Shown in pieces: positions 1 through 8,604 of a stretch of DNA of 64,000 bases (position 1 is its first letter; the number at the start of each line of letters is the position of its first letter). The stretch is from a virus, in the IMG/VR virus record IMGVR_UViG_3300027832_000010, positions 6,298 through 70,297 of that record. The stretch is one strand, 5' to 3'. The translations under genes were made by a program, and so were the position numbers. The notes under the pieces were generated by a model. That model had not been told where the DNA came from. It saw only the letters and a list, made by a program, of their open reading frames with translations, and searched no databases.

Positions 1-227
1 TCTCTAACATCTTTATAGATGCTGACGTTTAGAAAGTCTAGTTTAAAGTAGCCACGTTCTTCAGCAGTCTTGTAGTCAACGGTGGCTAAGTTGTCTACAG
101 GGTTGTGTGGAATTTCAGTTGCATAGACTCCTGTGTTATGCTTCTTGTCTGAGTCAAGTTTAGCAACACGGTGCTTGAGTTGTGCAAGCACAATTGTTCT
201 GTCAGCAAAGTCTATATCAATATCCAT
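1..227 (-). CDS. dnaE: DNA polymerase III alpha (DnaE/family C)-like subunit, 5' part; runs off the window start
   Basis: Not in ORF track. Manual translation MDIDIDFADR...KKHNTGVY...AEERGYFKLDFLNVSIY matches DnaE motifs PDxDxDF, KHAAGV and GLxKxDFL. AAGGAGG SD just upstream. Confidence 0.75.
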   Translation of the reverse strand, partial: MDIDIDFADRTIVLAQLKHRVAKLDSDKKHNTGVYATEIPHNPVDNLATVDYKTAEERGYFKLDFLNVSIYKDVR

Positions 228-311
228 TTACGCCTCCTTGCACTTTGCGCCGTGCCAACGCAAATAATTTTGTTTTGTTATTTGCTTTCCGCAATGCTCG
301 CAAATCAGGCA
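228..311 (-). pseudogene. C-terminal relic of a free-standing homing endonuclease
   Basis: Start-less frame CLICEHCGKQITKQNYLRWHGAKCKEA*, resembling the CxHCxK..NxxRWHxxxC tail of phage HEGs. Lies between an orphan ATG CCT GAT (312-304) and the present dnaE ATG GAT (227). Confidence 0.55.
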
Positions 312-725
312 TTATAGTTTACCTTGTTCTCTTAGTTGTGCTCTAATTTGTGTAGCACTTATATTATGTATCTCTTCGCCTAGGTCATGTTGCGTAAATG
401 TATATCCTACGCCACGACCATAACTAATATCTACAATGTTTGGTACTTGCATTATAACATATTCGTTGTTATATGTAAAGCCCTCATTAAACAATGCAGC
501 AATAATATTATTCTTTACAGTTTCAAATTCAAAAGGATTGTCGTCTTGTTTTGTTGCAGTTCTATCAGCGCCAGCGTCAGTTCCAACAATGCCGCCAACA
601 TCACGAATTTGAATACAAACTTGTCCAGTCTCTAGCAATGCTTTTTTAAATAGTGCAGTGTGGCCAGGATGCCAAGGTTGCCATCTTCCTAGCATCTGTG
701 TTGTAGGTTTTTTATAATCAAACAT
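312..725 (-). CDS. HIGH-motif nucleotidyltransferase (cytidylyl/adenylyltransferase family)
   Basis: MLGRWQPWHPGH (GRFQPxHxGH-like) and terminal ISATQIR (KMSKS-equivalent). Confidence 0.75.
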   Translation of the reverse strand: MFDYKKPTTQMLGRWQPWHPGHTALFKKALLETGQVCIQIRDVGGIVGTDAGADRTATKQDDNPFEFETVKNNIIAALFNEGFTYNNEYVIMQVPNIVDISYGRGVGYTFTQHDLGEEIHNISATQIRAQLREQGKL

Positions 726-921
726 TTTGTCCCCAAGTTATTTTATTCCAAATTCTTTCATGAGCATAATATAACAAGGTATTTGCAACAAGCTGAATTA
801 ATGCAATAGATCCCGCTGCGGTAATATTTCCTAATATCAAATATGAAATTACAAACGTTGCGCCGCTTCCTGTGAACCTCCAAGTAATTGTTTTAGTAAG
901 GCTTCGTTTATTTGAGTCCAT
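718..921 (-). CDS. DUF2061-like small membrane protein
   Basis: RSLTKTITWR...LYYAHERIWNKITWG signature with two hydrophobic segments. Confidence 0.75.
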   Translation of the reverse strand: MDSNKRSLTKTITWRFTGSGATFVISYLILGNITAAGSIALIQLVANTLLYYAHERIWNKITWGQNV

Positions 922-1336
922 TGTGTTTCATGTAAGAAGTTATAACTTGCATAAGTTGTAGGTGTGTGTCATTAAACCATTTAGCAACATGATAATTAAA
1001 GTTGTCAGGTTTCTCAAACATCTTGTTAGTGTCTTCAAATCTACCTGCTTTAATTGTGTCCATCCAAACTGTAAAGTCTGGATTAAACTCCGCTCGAGCT
1101 GCTTCTGTAGGACAAACAAAGTCTGCAATAGCAATCTTGCCTGCCTTAACAACACCGTCTGCTAAGAATTTCATACGCATTGCTTGCCGCATTCGACCTT
1201 CAGGAGTAAAGTCCCAGTCGTCGTATTCTTTGCGTACTGCATCTGCATTAAGCCATATGCCGCCTACTAGTTTAGCAAACGGTTCTGCTAGTGTACTCTT
1301 ACCGCTTCCGGGCAATCCAAATATTAAAATTTTCAC
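908..1336 (-). CDS. cysC: Adenylyl-sulfate kinase-like P-loop kinase
   Basis: GLPGSGKST Walker A; LNADAVR, DWDFTPEGRMRQ, ADFVCPT and FEKP motifs of short APS kinases. Confidence 0.65.
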   Translation of the reverse strand: MKILIFGLPGSGKSTLAEPFAKLVGGIWLNADAVRKEYDDWDFTPEGRMRQAMRMKFLADGVVKAGKIAIADFVCPTEAARAEFNPDFTVWMDTIKAGRFEDTNKMFEKPDNFNYHVAKWFNDTHLQLMQVITSYMKHNGLK

Positions 1337-2079
1337 AAATTACTTTCCTTAGCTACATCTTTAACAAGTTGTACATCAGTGGGTTGTTTCTTAAATCGCA
1401 TAGCCCAATGCTGCGGATCAACAATATTATATATCATACTTAATTGTTCGTCATTAAACTTACCTAATAATTCTTTTCCGCTCTTACAATTAAGAACCAA
1501 CCACGGACTAATCTTTCCGTCTCTAATATTCCACACTGCCTTGTTCAAACTTACATAGTTAAAATAATGATTCCACACGCTGTTGTTTTCAGTAGCCCAT
1601 TCAACCATAGTATTAACGCTGCGCTCTAGGGCAGTTTCAACACCTTCTTTTTTAATTAGCTCAACTGCATATGCTTCATACATTTCTTCTCTGCACCATT
1701 GGTCAAGTTTAACCCCTGACGTTACTACATAATTGATATACTTCTCAGGATATAACGGTTTTACATTTGATACAAAACTACCAAACTTTACAAATGCATT
1801 ATAGTAACTGCTCTTGCAAAACTCTTCGTATGTTTTATCTTTCTTTGACCCAGCACTTAATTTATAGAATTGATTAAATGCAATGTAACCTAACTGTACT
1901 CGCTTCTCGCCCTTTTGTAAAGCTCTACGTTTTTGCTCACACATATGTACTATGAGAGTTTTCTCACGGCTATATCCTGTTCTGCAATATTCGCAAACGT
2001 ATGGTTTCTCAGAGCTTGATATCAATGTCGTAATCTTCTGCGAGTTGTTTAAGTTCTTTTTTTGTAGATATTCCAGCAA
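1333..2079 (-). CDS. Conserved phage protein with N-terminal zinc finger (probable true start TTG at 2025)
   Basis: CEYC-x12-HMC motif; long open frame coupled to both neighbours. Confidence 0.6.
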   Translation of the reverse strand: MLEYLQKKNLNNSQKITTLISSSEKPYVCEYCRTGYSREKTLIVHMCEQKRRALQKGEKRVQLGYIAFNQFYKLSAGSKKDKTYEEFCKSSYYNAFVKFGSFVSNVKPLYPEKYINYVVTSGVKLDQWCREEMYEAYAVELIKKEGVETALERSVNTMVEWATENNSVWNHYFNYVSLNKAVWNIRDGKISPWLVLNCKSGKELLGKFNDEQLSMIYNIVDPQHWAMRFKKQPTDVQLVKDVAKESNL

Positions 2080-2476
2080 GTTGTTCTACCTCTTTCATTT
2101 TCATATTAGGATATACTTGAGATAACAATTTAATTGCTGCGTTGTTACCGGCTTCTTTTTTCTTAAAGCCAATATAAGGATGGTATTCGATCTTACCTGT
2201 TGCTCCACTTGCACACAATAGCTGCCACATTAGATGTTGATGTCCGTTCTCTTTGCCAACGCCAATGTCGTTAAAGTGTTTGTTATAATATTCATTAGTT
2301 TTAAACACAGCAAGCTCTTGTGCTTCTCTATTACCTTGTACAGCACTTACATATCTGTTTAGCAACCAAAAGCTAACTTGCTTCTTTTCTTCATCAGACA
2401 ATTCTTTCCAAACGCTTTTTGCGTTCATGTCAACTGCTGCAAGTATGTCTTTAGTTGGAAGTTTCTTATCACTCAT
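2009..2476 (-). CDS. Clamp loader small subunit, T4 gp62-like
   Basis: FWLLNRYVS, NEYYNKH, LMWQLL and IKLLSQVYPNMKMKE align by eye with the gp62 pattern. Confidence 0.55.
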   Translation of the reverse strand: MSDKKLPTKDILAAVDMNAKSVWKELSDEEKKQVSFWLLNRYVSAVQGNREAQELAVFKTNEYYNKHFNDIGVGKENGHQHLMWQLLCASGATGKIEYHPYIGFKKKEAGNNAAIKLLSQVYPNMKMKEVEQLAGISTKKELKQLAEDYDIDIKL

Positions 2477-2482
2477 GTTTAT

Positions 2483-2511
2483 ATTTTACACTAATTAATT
2501 AAATTTGTCAA
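2483..2511 (-). promoter_or_regulatory. Sigma70-type promoter, probably leaderless
   Basis: TTGACA-N17-TAAAAT then 6 nt then the ATG at 2476. Confidence 0.8.
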
Positions 2512-2613
2512 ATGAATACCAAACAATATCATCAATTACTTTTTCAAAATCTTTGTAGTATTAGGCAATGCTTGCCCGTAAGTATTACTACAACCAAATG
2601 CAACTAATCTCAT
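2495..2613 (-). pseudogene. Internally deleted SGNH/GDSL-hydrolase-like gene
   Basis: MRLVAFGCSNTYGQALP (SGNH block I, FGxSxTxG) joined out of frame to a C-terminal YKDFEKVIDDIVWYSFDKFN*. ATGA overlap with the upstream gene. Confidence 0.6.
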
Positions 2614-2864
2614 TTGTTTTCCTTCACTGTATAATAAGTTACTACCAACTTATCTAATAGTTTTTTTATAGTTGGATATGTTAAACTTAGTTCGCACAGC
2701 TCTTGCCATTCTTGATAACACAACAGATCGCCCTGTGCTCTTGCAATACCAGCAGGGTCACCGCCGATGATCCAACGGGGAATTTTATTGTGAGGAGCAT
2801 CTCGATAACGAGCATACACAACGTTGTCGTTCCGCTCATATATCAATGCTTCACCGGGGATCAT
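2610..2864 (-). CDS. Hypothetical protein
   Basis: Start moved to ATG 2864 (MIPGEALIYER), directly after the cupin stop codon. Confidence 0.6.
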   Translation of the reverse strand: MIPGEALIYERNDNVVYARYRDAPHNKIPRWIIGGDPAGIARAQGDLLCYQEWQELCELSLTYPTIKKLLDKLVVTYYTVKENK

Positions 2865-2865
2865 C

Positions 2866-3219
2866 CTAGCCAACTGCTGTTCCTGATGAGCGTCGCTTGA
2901 TGTCATTGTGATTAAACTCTGCCCAATACAACTCAAATGCTACTCCGTCTTCAACACCTTCGAACTGATGAATCTTACCTGGTTTAACTTGTGTAAAGTC
3001 GCCTGCTTCAAGAATAGTTTCATCAATTAATCCTTGATCGTTGTGCCAAACACGCACAATCATCTTGCCCGACTCTACAAAGAACCCGTTCCATTTAAAT
3101 TCGTGTTCATGCTCTGAACATTTATATCCTGCTTTGAACTTGATACGATGAAACTCTAGTACACCGTTAGCGTGAATCATCTCTGTTGATCCCCAAATTT
3201 TTCCTGATTTAATACTCAT
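2866..3219 (-). CDS. Cupin (mannose-6-phosphate isomerase-like)
   Basis: CSEHEHEFKWNGFFVESG and PGKIHQF cupin motifs. Confidence 0.75.
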   Translation of the reverse strand: MSIKSGKIWGSTEMIHANGVLEFHRIKFKAGYKCSEHEHEFKWNGFFVESGKMIVRVWHNDQGLIDETILEAGDFTQVKPGKIHQFEGVEDGVAFELYWAEFNHNDIKRRSSGTAVG

Positions 3220-3228
3220 ATTGTTTCC

Positions 3229-3735
3229 TTACATTAGCATAGTAAAATCTATTGTTTCACTTTGTCTACTGATATCTTTTACAAAAAATGCACACAATGG
3301 ATTCTTGCCATCCGTAATAGGAACACTTAGTAGTTGTCCGTTTTTCATTTTAGGAAAGTACCACTTTACATCATTGTAAAAATTTACAACTTTTAATGTA
3401 CCAAAGTCAAATTTGAAACTTTTTAAAGGATTAAAAAGAAATACTTCAAACCCTCTATCATTAATACTAGTTAGTGGCAGTACTTCTAAGTCGTTACCAC
3501 TTTGAGAATCGCCTACTGCAATATGCCAATCGACTGGCATCATTACTTCGTGTCCGTTAATTTCTAATACAATAGCAGGAGCGCTAAATGATTCTAGAAA
3601 GATAAGTGGTACAAAAAAGAAATCTGGATCTTTAGGATCACTATTGTCTAATACACTAAAGCGTACATCTTCGTCGAGCTCATCAGGAAGATTGTTAAGC
3701 ATAAAGCATTCGTTATCTAATGTTAATATTTTCAT
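3229..3735 (-). CDS. Conserved hypothetical protein
   Basis: 168-aa ORF abutting the UvsW C-half; no motif recognised. Confidence 0.65.
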   Translation of the reverse strand: MKILTLDNECFMLNNLPDELDEDVRFSVLDNSDPKDPDFFFVPLIFLESFSAPAIVLEINGHEVMMPVDWHIAVGDSQSGNDLEVLPLTSINDRGFEVFLFNPLKSFKFDFGTLKVVNFYNDVKWYFPKMKNGQLLSVPITDGKNPLCAFFVKDISRQSETIDFTMLM

Positions 3736-4575
3736 TTAATTCCAATCCACTTTTTCAATTGTAAATGGGTACTGTGCTTCGGCATAAAACTTCTTACGCT
3801 GAGTCAAGTGCCGCTTCGCAAACTTGCACGTTGAAGTCAAGTCCCATATTTGTACGAAGTCTTTGTCTTTTGCTTTTCTTACACCCCGGCCAATGCTCTG
3901 GATAACTCTAACAAAACTTTTGCCAGGTTCAAGAAGAACAAGATTAAAGATCCGCGGTATATTAAGTCCAACAGCCGCAACACCATAGGTTGCAATAATA
4001 ACCTCGTTAGTGCCTTCACGGATAGTGTCATACGTTTCTTTTCTATCTTTAACTTTAACTGCGCCACTTACAAAAGTGCTGCCAGGCATAAGTTTCTGTA
4101 GTTCTTGACCTGCACTAATCCGATCTACCAAAATAAGTGTGTTACCAGTCTGTGATACCTTGTTCATCATCTTACCAATGTATGCTAGTCTTGCAGTATC
4201 AGTTGTTAGATATTTTAATTCTGATTGATAATCAGTGTGTACCACAACATCAATTAACTGACATACATTAACATGGCATTCTGATAGTACGCCTTTGTCT
4301 TGTAATGACTTTGCACTGATACTTCCAATCACCGGACCAAGACTAGCATGAATGCTTTCAAACTCAAACTTCTCTTTAGGTACAGTGCCAGTTAGTCCCC
4401 AACGAATCGGAGCGTTGCGCAAGTTACGTGTAAGCAAGTTTTTAAGAACTTCTGCTTTAGCTTGGTGACAATTTGCAACAACAGCATCATTTGCAACATA
4501 ATTATGATCATTTTTAATGTGTAAATTGTAAACCTCTGGTAGGTTACTAATTACTGTTTTCTTAACTAGTTTCAT
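3736..4575 (-). CDS. uvsW: UvsW-like SF2 helicase, C-terminal half preceded by split-intein C-fragment
   Basis: True start ATG 4575. After the intein: CHQAKAE, GLTGT (motif III), ATYGVAAVGLNIP (V), QSIGRGVR (VI). Confidence 0.92.
   Translation of the reverse strand: MKLVKKTVISNLPEVYNLHIKNDHNYVANDAVVANCHQAKAEVLKNLLTRNLRNAPIRWGLTGTVPKEKFEFESIHASLGPVIGSISAKSLQDKGVLSECHVNVCQLIDVVVHTDYQSELKYLTTDTARLAYIGKMMNKVSQTGNTLILVDRISAGQELQKLMPGSTFVSGAVKVKDRKETYDTIREGTNEVIIATYGVAAVGLNIPRIFNLVLLEPGKSFVRVIQSIGRGVRKAKDKDFVQIWDLTSTCKFAKRHLTQRKKFYAEAQYPFTIEKVDWN
4471..4575 (-). mobile_element. Split intein C-fragment (35 aa) of UvsW
   Basis: MKLVKK...EVYNLHIKNDHNYVANDAVVAN|C: block F (VYNL, HNY.AN) and block G ending in Asn, +1 Cys; penultimate Ala instead of His. 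Confidence 0.92.
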
Positions 4576-5470
4576 ATAATTTCCTAATTTTATTTTTTGT
4601 ATTATCGTCAAAGTTGTCTAAGTTAGTAGGAGGCTTTTTGTTAATAAAATATTCTTTATTTGCTATTATAACAGCATATCCATTAGTTGTACTCCATTCT
4701 TTTGCAGCATTAATCTTTGCTTTAGTTTTTTCGTCATACATTAGTTCTTCTGGCTTTACTTCTATTAATGTCTTTGTATCATGATTTACAAAGTCAACAA
4801 TGTAAATGTGTTCTTTATTATTATAAACGTAAGGAATTCTGATAGTTTCGTATTCTGCATCTTTATCAAAGTATTGGTATAATGCTTCCCAAGAACTTCT
4901 ATATTTTTTATTTTTATAAAATGTATCCCAATGCGTATTTCTATTATTTGAGTTAGGAGTAAAAGTACCGTTTAATATTTTTTCTTTCATGATATTACTA
5001 CGATGAAGTTTGTCTTCGGCTGACATAATTGTTCCATACATGCCATTTTTTGAACCAGTGTTGGCTGCACTAATCTTTTCTTTAGTTTCGGCTAGCATTG
5101 TGTATGCATACGGATAGTCGCCTTTTGTTCCTTTGTTCCATGGTATTCCTGTATTTAAATTGTGTTTTATTATTTCTTTATGCATCAACTGGCAATTAAT
5201 TCCACCTTGCTTTGAGGTAACACTTCTTGCTTGTTTTTCTGCTGCAATACGAGTAGATTTGTGTATACTATAAATATCATCAAAATTTTGTCTCCAACAA
5301 TTGTGTCCAGTTAATACTCTTTTCTTACACAATCGAACATCTTGCTCCGAAGTTAATGATAATCCGTTTGATAATTCAATTTCTTTTCCTGTTATCTTAA
5401 CTGCATATACAGTTTGATTAGCTGTAGACAATAAACTATTAAACTTATTAATATCAAATTTTTTCGCCAT
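4562..5470 (-). CDS. Free-standing endonuclease: NUMOD3-type motifs plus TnsA/gp4-like PD-(D/E)XK domain
   Basis: PWNKG and ETKEKISAANTGSKNGMYG; YRSSWE...IRIPY...YIVDF...LIEVKP, paralleling gp4 at 25156..25590. Own ATAAATA (5495-5501) and GGAG SD. Confidence 0.85.
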   Translation of the reverse strand: MAKKFDINKFNSLLSTANQTVYAVKITGKEIELSNGLSLTSEQDVRLCKKRVLTGHNCWRQNFDDIYSIHKSTRIAAEKQARSVTSKQGGINCQLMHKEIIKHNLNTGIPWNKGTKGDYPYAYTMLAETKEKISAANTGSKNGMYGTIMSAEDKLHRSNIMKEKILNGTFTPNSNNRNTHWDTFYKNKKYRSSWEALYQYFDKDAEYETIRIPYVYNNKEHIYIVDFVNHDTKTLIEVKPEELMYDEKTKAKINAAKEWSTTNGYAVIIANKEYFINKKPPTNLDNFDDNTKNKIRKLYETS

Positions 5471-5483
5471 AAATACCTCTCCG

Positions 5484-6515
5484 TTAGCTATATGTATTTA
5501 TGTCTACAATTTCTAAATCTTCAGTTAATGCATCTGCTCTAACCCATCCATGATTAGTTAAAAATTTATGGTTTGCGGTGACTTGTATTATTACCCCATT
5601 ATTAAACTCTAGTTCTAGCATTTTTTCACTATTGCTGTGAGATAAATTTTTATGAACTCTAACAACTGTATCTTCTTTGTATTGCTGTGTTTTTTCACAA
5701 AGATTTATTACTTTGTCGCCGGGGATTAAGTCCTTGATGGCAATTTTACCTAACGGAGTAGTAACTAATGTGTCGCCTGCAAGGCATTCATCAACAATAA
5801 CAGCGGTTACACCTTCAAGGAACTCTGCAAGACTTAACACTGCGCTGCCGTCCTTGTTCTTCTTGTCAAGAATATTCAAACTCTGCCAAGTGCAAATAGT
5901 GTGAGTCTTACCTAGCATCTTTCTGTCGCCGAAGTACACTCCAACGTCAAGTCCGCAATTAATATAGTCTTCTTCAGTTTGTTCAACAAGTGATTTATTT
6001 GGAACAATGATTAGGCTACGTCCATAGGGCTCTACCATGTGCGACAATGTTGCTGTCGTAATCGTCTTACCTGCACCAGTAGCAATCTGTTGCAAGCTCT
6101 GTGGGTTAGCAAGGAAATTATTAATTGCTTCGACTTGATAGTCACGCAGAATAATTTCTGTACCTGCTACTGGATGTCCTTCTGGCCAACATACGCCTTG
6201 GTCTGCCCAGTAACGTTCGGTTACTGGTACAAAGTTTAATTTAATAGGGTGTCTGTTATCTTGGATGTCTACGATTTCTACATTGTTCTTTTGTAGAATA
6301 TCACAAACAACGTCAAGATGATTAACGTAACCACTGCCGCCGATACCAAAGAACGCAACCTTGCCATCCCATCGTCCAAGTTTGTACTGAGGCATGTGCT
6401 TTGCATATGGCACTTCAAACTTTAATGCGTTTGCAATTTTACGTCGAACGTCTACCTCTAAGCCTTCTAGCTTAATGTTGACTTCGTCTTCAATAATTAA
6501 TCTGCAACTTGCCAT
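5484..6515 (-). CDS. uvsW: UvsW-like helicase, N-terminal half ending in split-intein N-fragment
   Basis: LRDYQ (Q motif), ATGAGKT (Walker A), VIVDE followed by intein CLAGDT. Confidence 0.92.
   Translation of the reverse strand: MASCRLIIEDEVNIKLEGLEVDVRRKIANALKFEVPYAKHMPQYKLGRWDGKVAFFGIGGSGYVNHLDVVCDILQKNNVEIVDIQDNRHPIKLNFVPVTERYWADQGVCWPEGHPVAGTEIILRDYQVEAINNFLANPQSLQQIATGAGKTITTATLSHMVEPYGRSLIIVPNKSLVEQTEEDYINCGLDVGVYFGDRKMLGKTHTICTWQSLNILDKKNKDGSAVLSLAEFLEGVTAVIVDECLAGDTLVTTPLGKIAIKDLIPGDKVINLCEKTQQYKEDTVVRVHKNLSHSNSEKMLELEFNNGVIIQVTANHKFLTNHGWVRADALTEDLEIVDINTYS
5487..5786 (-). mobile_element. Split intein N-fragment (100 aa) of UvsW
   Basis: Block A CLAGDTLVTT; block B IQVTANHKFLT (TxxH). 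Confidence 0.92.
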
Positions 6516-7735
6516 TAAATTTTCTCTATTACTTGTGGTGTACTGTATTTTTTAAACGGACTAATATCAGTGTCATAATGAATAACTAAATCTAATTCTT
6601 GTAAATATGTATCCATCTTAGTAGAACGAATACTCCCCATTAGTATAGCTGCCTGAGGACGCCAACTAGATTTTAGTAATGTCTTTGACATCTTATTAAT
6701 ATTAGTATACACTATTTTAGAATTAATTGCAAGAGGATTGTTCAGATTATTGTCTTTAATATATTGATTAAATTCAATATTTTCTGCAACATCATTTTCT
6801 TTTCTGTAGAGTGTACAGAAGTCATTGTTGCCAAAAATATTTCTAAAACTATAATGCACTGTTTGTAAACTACTAAAATCATTGCCGTCATTCAAACAAA
6901 CCAATAAAGGATATCTATTAAGTTCTAGTAGAGACTCTGCTACTCTATCAAATGTATGTTCAGTATTGTTAACTAATATAAGCGGGCGTGTTCTTTTTAC
7001 AATTTTTTGACTAAGTGTTGTTAGTTTATTAATGCTGCTATTTAAATCACCTTCGTCAAAATGTTTAATACCAAATAGTTGGCTTCTATCTTTATACAGT
7101 GCTAGATTATCAACATCAGGATTTCCGACAGACGATATCATATAATCTATTGCTTTAGTGTGTAAGTTTTGTAATTTAAGTCCGTATATACCGGGAATAT
7201 AATTGTTTTTGTTGTTATGCATCATTTCCAATAAATTGTATCTTTCTTGTAGTTCTAACTCTATTTCAAAACTTTTATCTTTTAATTCATTTATTACTTT
7301 ATGTAGATTAATTTCGGTAAAAATAAAATAATGTATTTTTTCAACGGTGTTATATAGTCCTCTTTCTTCTATGTTAGAAAGAACTTCTATCGCTGATATT
7401 AATTTTTTATTGAATGTAAATCGAACACCGATATATAATTGATCTTTAATTAAGGCTGTGCGAATCCATCGAGCCCTATCGATATGCCTAATAGGTATAC
7501 GAGTATTTTTGATTGCTTCGTGTATTGGATATTCTAATGCTGTAAATTGATCAGCATAGGATAGTAGTTTTTCTTTTACTACTTCATACTGTCTATCAGT
7601 TAACCCGACTCCTTTATGCACTTGTCGTGCAATACTATTGAGTATGGTAAAATCACTAGGCTGGATTGTGAAGGTTTCATTACTGTCAAACCCAGTTAAT
7701 AATTCAAGATATGATTCAATTGTTTTCTCAGTCAT
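6515..7735 (-). CDS. Conserved hypothetical protein
   Basis: 406-aa ORF with its own sigma70 promoter; TAATG-coupled to uvsW-N. Confidence 0.7.
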   Translation of the reverse strand: MTEKTIESYLELLTGFDSNETFTIQPSDFTILNSIARQVHKGVGLTDRQYEVVKEKLLSYADQFTALEYPIHEAIKNTRIPIRHIDRARWIRTALIKDQLYIGVRFTFNKKLISAIEVLSNIEERGLYNTVEKIHYFIFTEINLHKVINELKDKSFEIELELQERYNLLEMMHNNKNNYIPGIYGLKLQNLHTKAIDYMISSVGNPDVDNLALYKDRSQLFGIKHFDEGDLNSSINKLTTLSQKIVKRTRPLILVNNTEHTFDRVAESLLELNRYPLLVCLNDGNDFSSLQTVHYSFRNIFGNNDFCTLYRKENDVAENIEFNQYIKDNNLNNPLAINSKIVYTNINKMSKTLLKSSWRPQAAILMGSIRSTKMDTYLQELDLVIHYDTDISPFKKYSTPQVIEKI

Positions 7736-7741
7736 ACTAGT

Positions 7742-7770
7742 AGTATAACGTATTACAGCTTATCTGTCAA
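7742..7770 (-). promoter_or_regulatory. Sigma70-type promoter, probably leaderless
   Basis: TTGACA-N17-TATACT then 6 nt then the ATG at 7735. Confidence 0.85.
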
Positions 7771-8604
7771 GTGGTTAAGTGGAATGCCTTGTGATATTTC
7801 TTGCACTGTCCATTCAGTATGTGCATAGTCATTAAGCCACTGTTGCCTATCTGGCATTAACGGTGCTTCTATATCGTGCATGAAGTCTATGTCATTACCT
7901 ACGTCATACGCCAACGAGCTGGCGCCTACAAACGCTGGAATGCCGTTACGTATACTATGTATGCCCGGATTGCTAGAGTAGCTTACAATCGCGTGTATGT
8001 TATTAAAACGCATGTCGTAGTCGTCATATGTGCCGTTTAACTTCATAGGATGTTGCCTACGTACATTTTTAAATTCATGTTCAATGTTAGGCAAGAGACA
8101 ACGAGGATGGGGCCGGAATAGTATAGGACGATCGCTATGCTTTCGAATTTCTTTTATAGTGTTCATTATCCACTTACTCATAGTTGGCATATTTTGCCAT
8201 TGCAAGCTCTTGTCATGCTGCCCGCAGATAAGAACAAACTCTCCGCCTGTGCTCCAAGGCTTTAACGACAGGCCCAATAGACGATGGCGATCATTGTTAT
8301 TATTAGTGGGCCCAAAGTAAGCATCTCTATTAATCCCATTTAGACCTACCTTCCATGTTGTTCCACGCTGTATGCCGCCAACTTCTAAAACTATAGTTGG
8401 CTTAGCGTTAGTAGAGTTTTTCTCCCAGATAGCTTTGTTAGCAGCCATTCTTCCACTAAACAGTACGCTCCAAATAACATCAACGTCGGCGTTATTGCTA
8501 TTATCGACGCAAGTAAACCCAAGGCTGTGACAGCCTTGCCTAAAAGCATTAAAGACAGGTTTACTGTTTAGTGCGCCGTATTGTGTCCAAAGACTAAACT
8601 TCAT
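7753..8604 (-). CDS. Glycosyltransferase-like (capsule polysaccharide biosynthesis-like) protein
   Basis: FRPHP, VSYSSNPGIHS and WLNDYAHTEWTVQEISQG motifs shared with 9436..10347 and the C-domain of 10334..12028. Confidence 0.6.
   Translation of the reverse strand: MKFSLWTQYGALNSKPVFNAFRQGCHSLGFTCVDNSNNADVDVIWSVLFSGRMAANKAIWEKNSTNAKPTIVLEVGGIQRGTTWKVGLNGINRDAYFGPTNNNNDRHRLLGLSLKPWSTGGEFVLICGQHDKSLQWQNMPTMSKWIMNTIKEIRKHSDRPILFRPHPRCLLPNIEHEFKNVRRQHPMKLNGTYDDYDMRFNNIHAIVSYSSNPGIHSIRNGIPAFVGASSLAYDVGNDIDFMHDIEAPLMPDRQQWLNDYAHTEWTVQEISQGIPLNHLTDKL

Noticed and set aside
311-314. Stop-codon readthrough from the nucleotidyltransferase into the in-frame Cys/His tail
   Set aside because: TAA is a poor readthrough codon, and the HEG-scar explanation accounts for the MPD/DIDIDF split; the shared frame is probably chance.
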